46,820 nt of DNA from Hyphochytrium catenoides (lineage: Eukaryota > Protista > Hyphochytriomycota), in NCBI GenBank assembly GCA_900088475.1, contig FLMG01002866.1:1-46820 (forward strand). The letters run 5' to 3'. Within the stretch, counting starts at the first letter, position 1. Every line of letters starts with the position of its first letter. The notes beneath the pieces are model-generated. The model searched no databases and was not told where the DNA came from. It saw nothing but the letters and a program-made list of their open reading frames with translations. A program made the position numbers and the translations under genes. Below are positions 34,801 through 46,820 of the stretch, piece by piece.

Positions 34801-37800
34801 CTGGGCCACGGTGTTTCCCTCGTTTTTGGGCATCCTCATGTTTGCTTCCTCCTTCATGCTGCTCGTTACCATCAACTCCACTCCCGGACGCGTAGTCCTT
34901 TGGCTTCTCCCAGTGTATTGTGCACTGTCCTTCATCGTCCACTGTGTAGCTACCTTCCTGAAGGTGAGATAAGGGCTGATTCTTTGCCCAATTTATACCG
35001 TAAATCTTGGTGTCCGCTGTCTTTCCGATAGACAAATGTCTTCCACTAGCATCTGCGCCTCCAATGGCTGCCTCGCTATCTTCTCATTGCTGGGTTCTTA
35101 TCAGATATCTCTCTCTCAAATGCTGCGTTAAGATTGCGTTCTGATATAACTACCCAGTGATAGCTTTTTGGCTGTATACCTGCTTGCAATCCTCCTCTCC
35201 GACCGCTAACAAATGCTCCGCGCTGTTTGGCTTGCTAACCGATTGCTCTCCCACAAAGGTGGAGAGAGGAGAGACCTCCTTCAGTCTTCCAATTGAGTTC
35301 TTCGCTGTTTGTATGGCCTCGTCAGCTTTACTGGTACAGGCGACTCTTCTGGTCCTGGTGTCCATCGTCTCTGTCGTCAACCTCTTCTACTTTCCCATGG
35401 TGCAGAGTCTATACCTGAACGACGAACAGGTAGCTGTGACACACTGGCTGTCTCTAATCAAACTTGGCTGCCACCATGTTCCTTATGTTGAATTTTGCCT
35501 GGGTCAAAACTCTTAATACGTGGTCATGGCCTTTCTGGTATTGTCGACGGCTACGACGGTTCCACCCTCTCCGACGATGGAAGTCAACTAACACGGAGCA
35601 ATCCTCTCCTTCGGCCAGAGTACGCACTCACTTGCTCTCTTCTGCTGCTATTCTCAGTGTCTCAGGCAAGGGTTTCCAGATGTACTTCCGCAGGGACAAG
35701 AAAAGGGAAGTCCTCGGGGCTTCCATGAGCGGTCTTGGCATAAAGCCTCCCAACCTCAGCCTCGCTCTTTATTCGCGCCGATGTCCGGTCTAGCGTCCTC
35801 TGCTTCGAATGCTTTTAGAAGCTGGGCTCGCGATGCAAGCAGAGTGTGGGGAGACTTTCGGGAGAGCTTCATCTTGCTTCTAGTTTTCGTGACAGCTCTC
35901 CTTTACTCTCGCCCCTCTGGAATTCAGGCCACATTCTTCTTTTTCTCTTTGGTACTTTCTTTTCTTCCTTCTCGGCTACGCGCGACAGGTGAGGAACTAC
36001 CAAAAAGGTCTATGGCAGGATGGAGGCCATGAGGGAAGAGGGAAGGGAAGCCTCCACCTCTTCATGCTAATTGCTTCTGTTGCCTAGAGAGTGAAGTAGG
36101 ACACCCATGGGAACCGCTTTTCCTTAAACTGCGTGAATAGCCAATCTATGAATCTCACCTTTCCCTATGTAATGCCACACGCAGGCTGGAACGCTTTCCT
36201 CATCTTCGGTCTTGTGGAGATGGTTGCCCTCTATGTTTGGAATGTCATCTGTCCTCCGTCCTCTGCCTGGAGCGATGCGATTGGTCTCCACTGCCTAGCG
36301 CCGCAAGCATCTGCGGGCAACGCTGATATAGGACTTGCCTCTTCATCGTCACAATCTTCCTTGGCATCCGAAGAAGATGGAACAGAAATAGAGTTGTCCA
36401 TCGGTGACCTTTCCGGGAAGCTCCTGTTTACGACGTTCTCTCTACATCTGGTCATCATGTTATTGGTGAGAAATAGACATTGACGAGCTCACTCCCTATT
36501 TGCCGCCACGTGTATCGTCTTCACCTCCTTTTCCTGTACATCTTCCTCTGCCTCTCACTATTTGTTGCTTGGTGCTCAGAGGCTGCGTTTGGGACGTGCA
36601 GTACAATAGAGGCAGCAAGGCTCAATATGTGGTCGCATTGTCTTCTGTCAAGCTACTTCGAGCCCATCACATCTTTCTAGTCTTCACCCTATCCTCACTT
36701 CGTCTCCTCTCTCCCCATGAAGATGGTCGTGCAGGTTATCGCAGACAAGAAAAAGCTTCTACTGAGAAGAATTAAAGCTCATGAGGCAGAGGGGAGTTCT
36801 AATAGAAGTGCTCAAGTGGACCCAGAAGCTTCGTGGCTTTCCTGGGCTTACCTCAGTCGCTGGCGCGATCTATCTCGCACTGCGATTAGCAGACTAGAGT
36901 ACCTTATCCTGATCGCCTCTCTTCTGCTGATGAGTCTCCATTACGAGCTATTGTACATGGAGACCGTGACCGTCATTGGCGTTATCCGTCTCCTTTTGCT
37001 CTCTTGCCTTTTTCTCTCTAACATATCAAAGCCCTCGGCCATGCGTCATTGGTCCCTGACACAACGAATGTGGCTGCGCTCCCTCTATATTTTCGAAGGC
37101 TTTGTGCTGCTGATCAGGTACATCTATCAGGTAAGCTGAGATCTTGCTTAGGTCTGTGCGTCTATTACCTTTTTTTCTGGTGGAGATATAGCTTGCCATG
37201 TGGTCTGAGATCTGACTCTCTGCCTCTTGCACAATCTTCTCTAGTTCCCTGCGGCGGCATCAGTGCTGCAGTCCCTATGGCCTTGGGACTTTCTCTCTTT
37301 GACCGAGTTCGGGCTGGTGACGTATCCAGCTTCTTCTTCACTCCTGAGGACACTTCTCCCTATGGTTCTGGTAAGCTGCTACCTTGTTCTATCTCCTAAT
37401 CTCTATCTTGCTTCCCAGGATGGCTAGTTCATGTGCTTCTAAGACGGATCCCATTAATGAGGAATAGTTCCCTAACGCTGATCCTCTCAAATCGCAGCTG
37501 GTCACCCTGCTTCGCGATATACTGGCCAACACAAAGCCAGATTCCCCCCGAAAGCACAAAGTTCGAGCTGTAAACAAAACAGAAGACAGTGGACGAGTGA
37601 GAAAAATCCAAGTTTTCCTAGAGGAAATCGTGAAATTCCTATGGCTGAACTTTCAAAGGATCGCTGTCTATAATGCCCATACGACTGTCTTAGTCGTCGA
37701 CTTCTTCGTGGGCTTTGACTCTCCCACCGCCATTGGAACCGTGTATATCCTGTATGCCTCTCTTTGCTCGCTTTCGTCTTCGTGGCGAGGTGTCTGGTGG

Positions 37801-40800
37801 TGCTCTTGTTTATATTCCTTGGCGGTCTTGGTTGTGAAGTACGCCCATCAGCTATCGTACTTCCAGAAAGAAGAGGAAAAGTACAAGCTGACAGCCACAG
37901 GTAAGTCAAGGAAACCATCTGTTTCCTCTTTATGGCTTTTCCCACATGTGCGTCTTTCTTGGGCTTCCTGATTGCCCTCAGGGCCTGACCCTTTCTACCT
38001 TCAACAGCGAGGGTCGATGTGCTGTGCCAGGTCCTGCAATCCAAACTAATATCCTCTCCATTAATCGACAGGGCAATGGCTGGGACTTAAAGTTGTGCCT
38101 ATGACACCTCCCGCTCTGCTGAGGTATCTCAGTGGCCAGATTCTACTTCTTCTAGTCATAGCTGCACAGAGAAAGTAAGTGTCCGGGCGATACCCCGTAA
38201 AATGCTTCCTTCGCCGTTAGAGCACATCGTTGCTTGCTTGTTTGTCAGCACTGCGCACTGCGTTCGAACATGGCAGACTTCCGTTTTCTGTGCACTGACA
38301 CCTCCATTTTGTCTAAGCGTCGATAGCTGGTGGGAGGATGCCGTCGTAGCTGCGGACTCCATGCAGCTGAGGAGAGCTCTACGGCTCGAAACGACACGCC
38401 AGCTTCTTAGCAGTAAAGACAAAGGGCAGCTAGACCCAACGGTGGCATCTGCTTCTGCTCCATTGAGATCTGCCTCGTTATCAGAAGTGGAGATGGGAAG
38501 GAGTGAGAGAAAGGATGAGAAGAGCCATCAGCCTGAAGGTACGCAGTCTTCTAAGACTCGAACATTCTGACACAGCAGCAATAGAGTCTTAGCCTTCGCT
38601 TTTCAAAATGTGGTCTTTCCGCAGTGCTTCCACACTTGCGAGCCTGGTTCTTCTCTTCTGAGCTTTATTCATTCTTCGTTGCTGCCTACACGTATGTCCT
38701 TTGTTCTATGCCGTATAGGTTATCTGTCGAATGGCTTTACCGATCTCTTACATCCCTCGTCGGTTTTCATCCGCCACTCGCTTCTATCTTTCGTTCTGCT
38801 ATTCTTCGCTTTCTCAACAGAACGGATTCGGTATCTTCACACCCTGAGTAGCTCTGATGCTGCCGTGGAGTCCAACACGCGGCCCCGATCCTTCTCTCTC
38901 CAGTTGCTGGACTGCTACGACGCAGCTATTCTCTACCTCTTTCGTTACTCTGTATCAAACTCTCTCTTTCTTTTCCATATCTGCCTCCTTCTTGCGGCCC
39001 TGACACATGGAAACGTCTTCTCTCTTCTCTACTTCTCTATACTCTTGCTGGCTTCATTTAAGCCTCAGCAATGGCTAGAGGAAAACACGATCAAAGTCAA
39101 GTTGGTCCTTATTGTTTCTATACTTCTCCAGTACTTCCCTTTCTTGGGGTTTCCCCCGTTCATAGAGGGCTGGAGTCCGCTTCCTTGGGCCGACGAGCTA
39201 GCTCCGGAATACCTCTACTGGCTTGGCATCGGTAACTGCTTCCTTTCTCGCTGTTCTGCCGTACATGACCTTGGACCGCTATTACCGAGCTAATCGGCCT
39301 AACGTTCCGCTTCGGAGTTCTTGCTCTTCTTCAGCTTAATCTTTTGTCGACGGCCTGCGTTATGTCAAGAACATCGTGCTAAAGCTCTGCCGCCCTCCTG
39401 CTAAAGTCGCTCTCTCACCCATCGTTGCCATGGCTTCTTTCTTCTACTCTAGGTGGCAGGGACTTCGGTAGGCCTGTGCTTCTTTTAACCGATGTTATGG
39501 CGTTGATAAGTTTAGGACTGATCGCTCGAGGTCTGGATGCTCGGAGGCACATTCAGATATTAGGTACACCTAATCTTTCTTCACCTCAAAGGGTTCCCGG
39601 CAGAATTCTGGACTTATTTTTCTGTTCACGTTCTGACCAATCTTAGCGACAAACCACTCGAGAGCTTCTTCCTACGCGATTAATAGTTGCCTCTTCTCCC
39701 ACCTATAAACCAGCTCAGGAGGTGTGGCAGGAGCTAATGACAGCTTCAACGCAAGATGACAGCGGGCAAGCTGGTAGAGTACAAGCGCCAAATCCAGATA
39801 TAACAAAGACATCAGCGTTGCCTATCGCTTCGAAAGCAGTGGGCTTTAGTACGGGAAAGCAGAGTCGGAAATTAAAGACGAATCAGTCTCTCAAGACAAT
39901 AAAGGAGGAAACCTCATCTGCAGGTAAGAGCCTTCCGTGTAGCTGTGTCATCGTGCTTCTATTCTGCCATTCATGGTGCCTTGGTGATCCGTAGTACTCT
40001 GTCCGTCTTAACTCTGGCCCCTCTGAAGCTTTACAATTTGGCAGTTCTGCTTCTCGTGTCTCTCACTATGGCACAATATTCTAGTTAATAGGTTGAGCGC
40101 TACGATTTCGGCATTGCCAGGCGTCCATTCTTCAATTGTGCTTTTATCTTCTCTTGGAACTGACCGCTATTTCAACTGCACTTGCATACAGAGCCTGAGC
40201 TAGAGGGTCCAACGAAAATACCTGCGGTGCCCGGTGATCTTGAGGATTTCACGATGCCCAACCACCGTAGCCTGCGCGATTGGGTTACCTTTCTCATCTA
40301 CTCATATTCCTCCTTCGTTCTCCGTCTTCTCGCGTTCCTCATTGCCACAACGGGAATTGATCTAATCTCAATCGGCTTCTTGGTCCTTGCGATTTTAATG
40401 GCCCAGCATCGAGAGCCACCGACAAAGGTTTGCCTTGTATATGGCCCAATCTTGCCTCTTCTCATTCGCCCTTGTCACGGAAACCTCGCGTGTTGTAGCT
40501 GTTTCTTCTAGATGTGCTTGGCTGAGCTAGCCCGTGTCACCGGCTACTTCTCTTGTCGATCTTTCTTCTTGAATGAATAGCTATTCATTCTCTCTGCTTG
40601 GTTGCTTCTGCTAACTCTCTTGCTTTGTCTCTCTATTTTCCAGACAAAAGGCAGGAGGATGTTGCGGAGTAAGCTCTTCCGCGCGCTGAAGTATCTGAAC
40701 TACGCCGACTTTGGCTTGCTCTTTCTTTTCCAGATCCCCTTCTTCCCCTACTATCCCTGCTCGGGTTCTTCCGCTCTATCGCCTTACTCGACATGTCTTT

Positions 40801-43800
40801 CTTATAACTCTATCATCGGACTGGCAAAGATTCCGGTCTCCTACCCTGGAGGTAAGATAACGTGTCTTTCCTTATCCGAGACGCTTGCACTTCCATATAT
40901 CTCTTTTTTAGCCTGTTCATAGTTCTCTCACTAAAGTTCCAGCTTCAAAAGTCTACCTTCCTCTCGACGTTGGCGATGCTCATTCTCAGCTAATTCTTGA
41001 CTTCACGGCCACAGCCCCAGTGTATGATACGACTTCGCGCTGGGCCTCGTTCCTCTTGTTCTGCGCCGTTCTAATCCAGACTGAAATATATAAGAGTAAG
41101 AGCGAGCTCTAGGATCGTCCGCCTAAACCCCTTACTCACCCTAGAGTCGCGTCTTTCTGCTTTCTCTTTCCAAAAGACTCACTTCAGCATTCCTCCGAGT
41201 CATCACTCCCCTTACAAGGTCCCTGTCTAAGCTTTCTTTTGGCCTAGGCGAGTGCTTCGTCTACATTACCGCTTATCGCAAACGCCAGGTTGATCGTCGC
41301 TCATACTATCGAGCCCAGATCGACAGAGAGCTGGCGCTACAGAGGGTCTGCTCCTGGGCTGACATGTTTCGAGAGAGAAACCACACGCTACACAGATTGC
41401 AGGACATCATTCACACGACGGCCATGAGCACTACGGAGCTTCTCGACGTAGCCACCGGTAAGTGACCTAGATTGCATTAGAAATGGCTCCCTAAGCCCTT
41501 ATGAGTGCTAGAGTGAAGCATCAGAACGTAGATGTCGTCGTTGTGGATCAGGTGAATGCAGAAGGAGAGGAAGAAAGAGGCGAGAATCAAATGACTCGAG
41601 AGATCATATACTTCCTCTTCGTTTTGAATATCATAGTAAGCGAGCGCGCGAGCCAGTGTCCCCCACTCCATGCTAAGTGTTAGGTCTGCTATCTCTGGAG
41701 GCATGCTCAATTCTCTGCTCCGTGCTACCATGTAGGGCTGATGAAGTCATTGCCGCCACTTGCATCAAGAAGGCTTCAGTGTGTGAGGGCCACGCCCAAC
41801 AGTGTTGACCTGGAATGGGAATCTCCGCCAGCTCTACGTTCTAAAGAAGAAGTAGAAGGCCCGCCTCGGATCCTTGCCTACCGAATTCTTCAGCAGCTCT
41901 ATCCCTCTTTCAACCTTATGGGAGACTTCAACTATGTCTTCGAGGTAGGCTGCAGCTTCCACCGGGCTTACGCTTTTACAAAATCACTATAGGTCCATGG
42001 AATATCTGTGCATCATAAGCAAAAGCGACCCTAAGGCTTACTTCTGGAATTTGTTTTGGTCTAGGTATCGGGTGATTGCACCAGCTTCACGGTCACAGGG
42101 CTACTGCCTGACAGACAATATGCCTTCAAAGTGTGTGCCACAAATAGTAATGGAGAGGTATGGTCTTAGCTCGCCTTATGCGCCCTCTTCAAGTGTTTCT
42201 TGCAGTTCTTAGTATTGCTGCCCGTCCATTTTAGGGTCCTCCCAGCGCTATGGTCCTGGGTCGTACACTTCCAATAGAGTTTGGTCATCAGTGTACAGCG
42301 GGCTGGCTCGGAGTCATTGACTCGCACACCTCGAAAGCCAAAGACAAGCTTCTCAGGCTCCTCAAAAGTACTCACCAAGAGGTCTGTATCGCGCTGCCTT
42401 GTGTCTGATGCCTCCTTTTCCTGTCAGTCTCCGCTGTCTGCTTGGACCAGCAGAAGTAGAAGTACTACACGTGCATAGAATGGTGGGGGATAAGACATAG
42501 CTAATCTCTTGGGGTCTCTTCTAGGGGACAACCCTTGCAAGGTTTGCAGTGATGGATCGAGAAGCTCTTCGCCTTTATAAAGACGAGCATAAAGCTGTTC
42601 GTCATCGGTTGCAAGGCAGACGAACTAGATGTGAGACGTTACGCCTGCAGAGCATATCGGTGAGCGAGAGAAGAGACCTAGTTCGTGACGTCCGGCTAAG
42701 AAGCAATGTACTCTTTCTTTTGAAGCTGTCCAGAGTGCACTCTAGGCGGTATTTCTTTTGAGTTATGTGCTACTGAGGTGGCATGCCCATTTTAGTTTGC
42801 TCGTCTCTTCTATGTCAGGGGGAAAACCCTGCCAAGCATCGTCTATTCCCTAGTTCCTTCTCGCCTTTTGGTGTCGGGGTTGTTACTCATGGGCGTGACT
42901 AACCTAACCTGCCACAGAGAGTGACCCTGGATTGGTGGGAGAGACAAATTGATGAAAGTCCTCCAGTACTTCCCTCCTTCCAGCTCGACGTTATTACGGA
43001 CGATGGTGTTGCCAGGACCTACAGCTTGCGGCCAGGTGAGGTTTCAGCCTTCGTTTACCATGTAGCGCCTTGTGCTTGTTAGATCCAAGAAGGCAGTCCA
43101 AGCCTAACGCCCATTTGTATTCTCGCTACACTCATCCTCATCCTTCCCCTTCGCCTTTCGTTTGACAGAAACAGAGTCTGACACAGAGAAGTGGACGAAT
43201 GCCTTTCAAGAGTTCCTACCCCCTAATGTCTTCAACGCGTCCTCGCCATTGCCCTCAGAAGGGAAGGCCCTTGCAAAGGTACGGCCCCTGTCGCTGCTGT
43301 TGGAAAGATTTTTAGTTTTAGATATCCATCATCGCGCAAACTGCAGATAAAAAAGTAAGAGACGTGCAAAGGGACAGAGGACTACAATGAAGTACATAGA
43401 GACAGCCAGGAACGTCAGCAAACGATTCAGAGATAGCTAGCAGTCATTTTGGCTGAGAGACAATCTAGAACGTCAGTGGAAGTGCCTGATCACTGCTTTT
43501 GCACAGGGACCAAAACATCCGGAAAGCTCTCTCCTTTCCTTTGGCCGTCTTAGTAGCCAGGAGAACTCCAACGTCAAGCTAGATCTTGAGAAATCTAGGA
43601 GAAAGGCACTAGGGGTGCAGGCCTACCAAGCCATATGGGTAATGGAGTCTTTATTATGCTTCTCAACCCACAAAATTCCCTGTCTCGCGTAACGGGCAAT
43701 AACTTGCTACAATGAGGCCATAGGGACAGTCAAGCCGATGTTACCGACTAACTCTTCGCCTCAGTCCCTGCAGAATGTCATTTTCCGTAAGCGCAGTCCG

Positions 43801-46800
43801 TCACCCGACGAAGTGGTCTCGTTTCCTTGGTCTAAGCTCCTGGAGTTAACGATAAACACTGTGCGGAGTCTCACTGCGGAGCTCGTGTATCTTATCGTCA
43901 CCTTTACCTTTTGCGCACAGGTGAGACATCTATTTCGTTACATAGGTCTGCAGCGGCTATTTACCCTCTCTTATTGCTTCACCTGCAGGGGGATGTCATG
44001 TCTCTTGTGCCGCTAGTGTACAGTTACGCCTATCTCATGCTAGAGAACCCGCATCCCAGTCGAAATCAGTGGACTATTCTGTCTCGCTACGTACGCCAGA
44101 GCTTCTTGATGAGCCGTCTTTCTGTCACCTCCCCTCCGTTTTCATGCTTGTTGCTAACCATGTGTATCTTGTGTGCTATAAAGGTCCGTCTATTAACTTT
44201 CTTTCTCTCTAATAGACGGTGGCGGTAATGGCAGTGAAGTATCTCTTCCAGCTCCCATTCTTTTGTCAGAGACTTACGGCCGATGGACTCTATGTCTACC
44301 CGAGGTAAGCATATCCAAGGGACCCTAGGAACTTAATGTCTTCGCCATGCTCTTGTTCGGCATTAGCTGCAGCGTATAGTGGGCTAACGCTCTCGATCTT
44401 TTGGCTCCCACAACATTTGGCGGTTCCTGATATGCCTGGCTCAGCGTTGCACCGTATTGCGAAGAGCAGACGGCGCAGCAGACTGGCGAATGGGGCTTAG
44501 CACCTCTGCAGCCCATGATCATTCTTGGAATATACAAGTTTGATGGAACTTTGACCTCCACCTCTTCGCCGTTGGGTGGAGTCATGGGACATTTCTTCAC
44601 ATTGATTGCCCTTGTGGCTCATAGTAGGGAGCTACGAGCGAGAGGGCTGTGGGAGGAACTCCCCAAGGAGCAAGAAATTGAGCTAAGGCGGAAGGCGGAG
44701 CAGGAGATAGATGCGGATATAGCTCGAATCAACCCCTCCTGCCGACGTGAGAAGGATGATGAAGGTAAAGAACTTGATAGTCCCAGGGAAAGACAAGCAT
44801 GGATGGACAACGTTGGGCAAGGAGGAGGAAGAGATGCCGTCCATACAGTGGAAGAGATCGAGAACTCCAAGCGTTCAGGGCTCCCTGAATGGCTGTCCCA
44901 CCTGGTACGACCCACGCCTTAATGAGTTCTAGCTCCTTCTTTCCATAGCGCAAGCAATACCCTTGTAATGGAAGTGAGACCGTCCTAATATCCCAGATAT
45001 CCTCGCCCCTACCCTATACAGTCCGTTATATAAAACCATGATGGTCTCCACCGCGCTTTCTACGGCGATTCGTTATTCATGAAAGTTCAGCCACGCCTAG
45101 CATCTCACATCTCTCTCCTGTCAGCTTCCCTCGACATTGTACCGCTACTACGAGAGGATCAATCCTGCAATACCGGCAGGGTGGTATCGGGATCTACGCG
45201 TCGCAGTGGTAGGCCTGAAGCCCGGCCGATCCTTCAGAAGCTCAGGCTTTGGGCTACACGTAGCCATTGTGCTCTTCACCTTAGTCTTTCAGCGATCGTT
45301 CTCCTCCAGCCCATCCACGACGTCGTCCCTAGCACTGCTCACCCGAGGTGTCCAGCTGACAGTGTTCTCAACAGCAGCAGTGGAACTTATAACTCTGCAG
45401 GTTGTTCTTCATAAATTATGTTGCTCTATCGATAGATCCTAGCCGATGCTTCTGCACATCTGGTCTAAGCATGAGCTAGGAATCGTCCCAAACTGTCCTG
45501 GAATGTAGCGCCTCAATGCCTAGTGTCTTCTGCTTCTCTTCTTGATGCGATCAGTCAAGTCAACGTTGTGTCTTCTGAAGTCGCAAGCTTTTGACTGTGT
45601 ACACCAGCCTTCAGTTTGCCCATCTAACGCTCCTTCATTGCCCCAGATAACATTTCTCTTGCTGGACGAAGTGGCCTATCTCCGATCCAGCTTGAGGCTC
45701 AAGATTTTGTTATTTTACCTCTACGTTATCACCTTGCATGCTGTCTTCCTTCTGGGCTTAGGGTCGCAAGTTGGCCTGTTCACTGCACGACCCTCCCTCG
45801 TGTTTATCTACTGTTTACATGCGATGTACATGGCGGTCACGGCATTGCAGGTATTGGCAATCTAGGCATAGTAACCTCACGGGTGCTCTTCTATTTCTCG
45901 TTCAACTCGTTTTCTCGTGCTCGTCTCTAGGCCCTTTTGAGCTGTCCCTCTCTTCTCCGTAGGTGACGTGGTACTAACAGACTCCTTGCGTTGTCATACG
46001 CCCTTGTTTGTTCCATATCACACATTGTTCTTTCCCACCTTCCCATCAGTAAGCTGTCGCCTTCTTACTCGCCTTGCCTCCCAGATCAGATATGGATTTC
46101 CAGCGTTCCAGGGCTTCTCCGAGCTACCCCGGGAACAGGGTTACGGATCCTTCGCCTACCTGAGGCACTACTGCTTCATGCTGCTTCCCTTTGCTTTCGA
46201 GCTTAAGAGTATTATTGGTACGAGAATATTGTGGACATCCACTACAAGGCTTGCATACGTTGGCTTCCCGTGGTCTTGACTGACGCTGAACCGTCAGGTT
46301 GGGCCTGTGCCACTACCTCGATGCCCCGGGAGTTATATTTCTTTTTGGAGGAGGTAAAGACATCCTGATTCTCTCCGCCCTTCTCCGATAACGTTAGGTT
46401 GTTCTTCTTGTTAGCCGAGCACCTTCTAGCTGCAAGGGCTCTGCTGCTATGCTTCTCTTAGCTTGTCTTTCTGTCTGGTCTCCTTTAGCACTTCCTGATT
46501 ATGTATGGCGTCTCGCGTTCCCAAAGAAGACGTCTGACTATAGCTTGAGGCAAAGTATTAGGCTTACATAGTACTTCGGGTTTTCTTTGCAGGTGTACAG
46601 CTCTATGTACCTGACTAAGTGTCAGATGGTGGCGAGGATGCGTGATAGCGCCATCCAAGGAAAGCGAAGACAAGCGTTGAGAGGCAGATGCGTACAAGGT
46701 ATGTGGAGGAGGAGCCAACTAGGGATCTAGGCTACCTGCTCGGTCCTAGCACCTGTCTAGCCATGAGGAAGCACCAGAGAAGAAGCCTACTTCATCTTCC

Positions 46801-46820
46801 TGTCTAACACCTTCCCGTAC
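31830..46820 (+). CDS. PIEZO: Piezo-family mechanosensitive channel (multi-exon, 3' end beyond window) with internal FN3 and PH domains
   Basis: N-terminal TM unit (LYAPLLLLSSLLHLDIFSFFYFLSFLL) and many 4-TM units. Motifs HGNVFSLLYF, LLQYF...GFPP, LIQTEIYKSECF plus a beam-like helix, YAYLMLENPHPSRNQW, VKYLFQ and SRELRARGLW. Anchor region ALQ/IRYGFP...PFAFELKSIIG/WACATTS..FFLEE/VYSSMYLTKC contains the PF-x2-E-x6-W motif across intron 46218-46297. Confidence 0.93.
41736..43220 (+). other. FN3 + PH domain-coding exons inside the Piezo gene
   Basis: FN3: LQCVRATPNSVDLEWESP...ILAYRI.../VSGDCTSFTVTGLLPDRQYAFKVCATNSNGE/GPPS. PH: AGWLGV...RFAVMDREALRLYKD...FQLDV...RTYSLRP/ETESDTEKWTNAFQ. Confidence 0.85.

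Noticed and set aside
1-46820. tRNA, rRNA, CRISPR array, telomeric repeats, Fanzor/TnpB
   Set aside because: No such signatures were seen by eye.

Overview
Eukaryotic genomic DNA with short GT-AG introns and CTRAC-type branch sites. A probable cilium-type coiled-coil gene suggests a flagellated alga or protist, but the species cannot be determined. The window has two halves. (1) About 1-20.9 kb is repeat- and transposon-rich. It holds a complete 4078-bp hAT transposon (19-bp TIRs, perfect 8-bp TSD, BED-finger DDE transposase with one intron and a frame break in an A9 run) and a 5'-truncated CRE-like (RLE) LINE relic. It also holds an ~895-bp direct repeat, an ~110-bp diverged repeat, GA/CT microsatellites and three apparently intronless zinc-finger ORFs. 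One of these is an RNase III domain with Mini-III-like active-site motifs fused to TRAF-type zinc fingers. (2) About 21-46.8 kb is a compact block of intron-rich genes: EDR2-like PH-START-DUF1336 (-), a trichohyalin/TPH-like coiled-coil protein (+), a small FLASH-like coiled-coil protein (-), and a Piezo channel (+, 3' end outside the window). The Piezo carries a spliced-in fibronectin type III + PH module right after the beam helix. The two most interesting observations are the FN3-PH Piezo and the RNase III-TRAF zinc-finger gene. All assignments come from motif recognition by eye; no searches were run.
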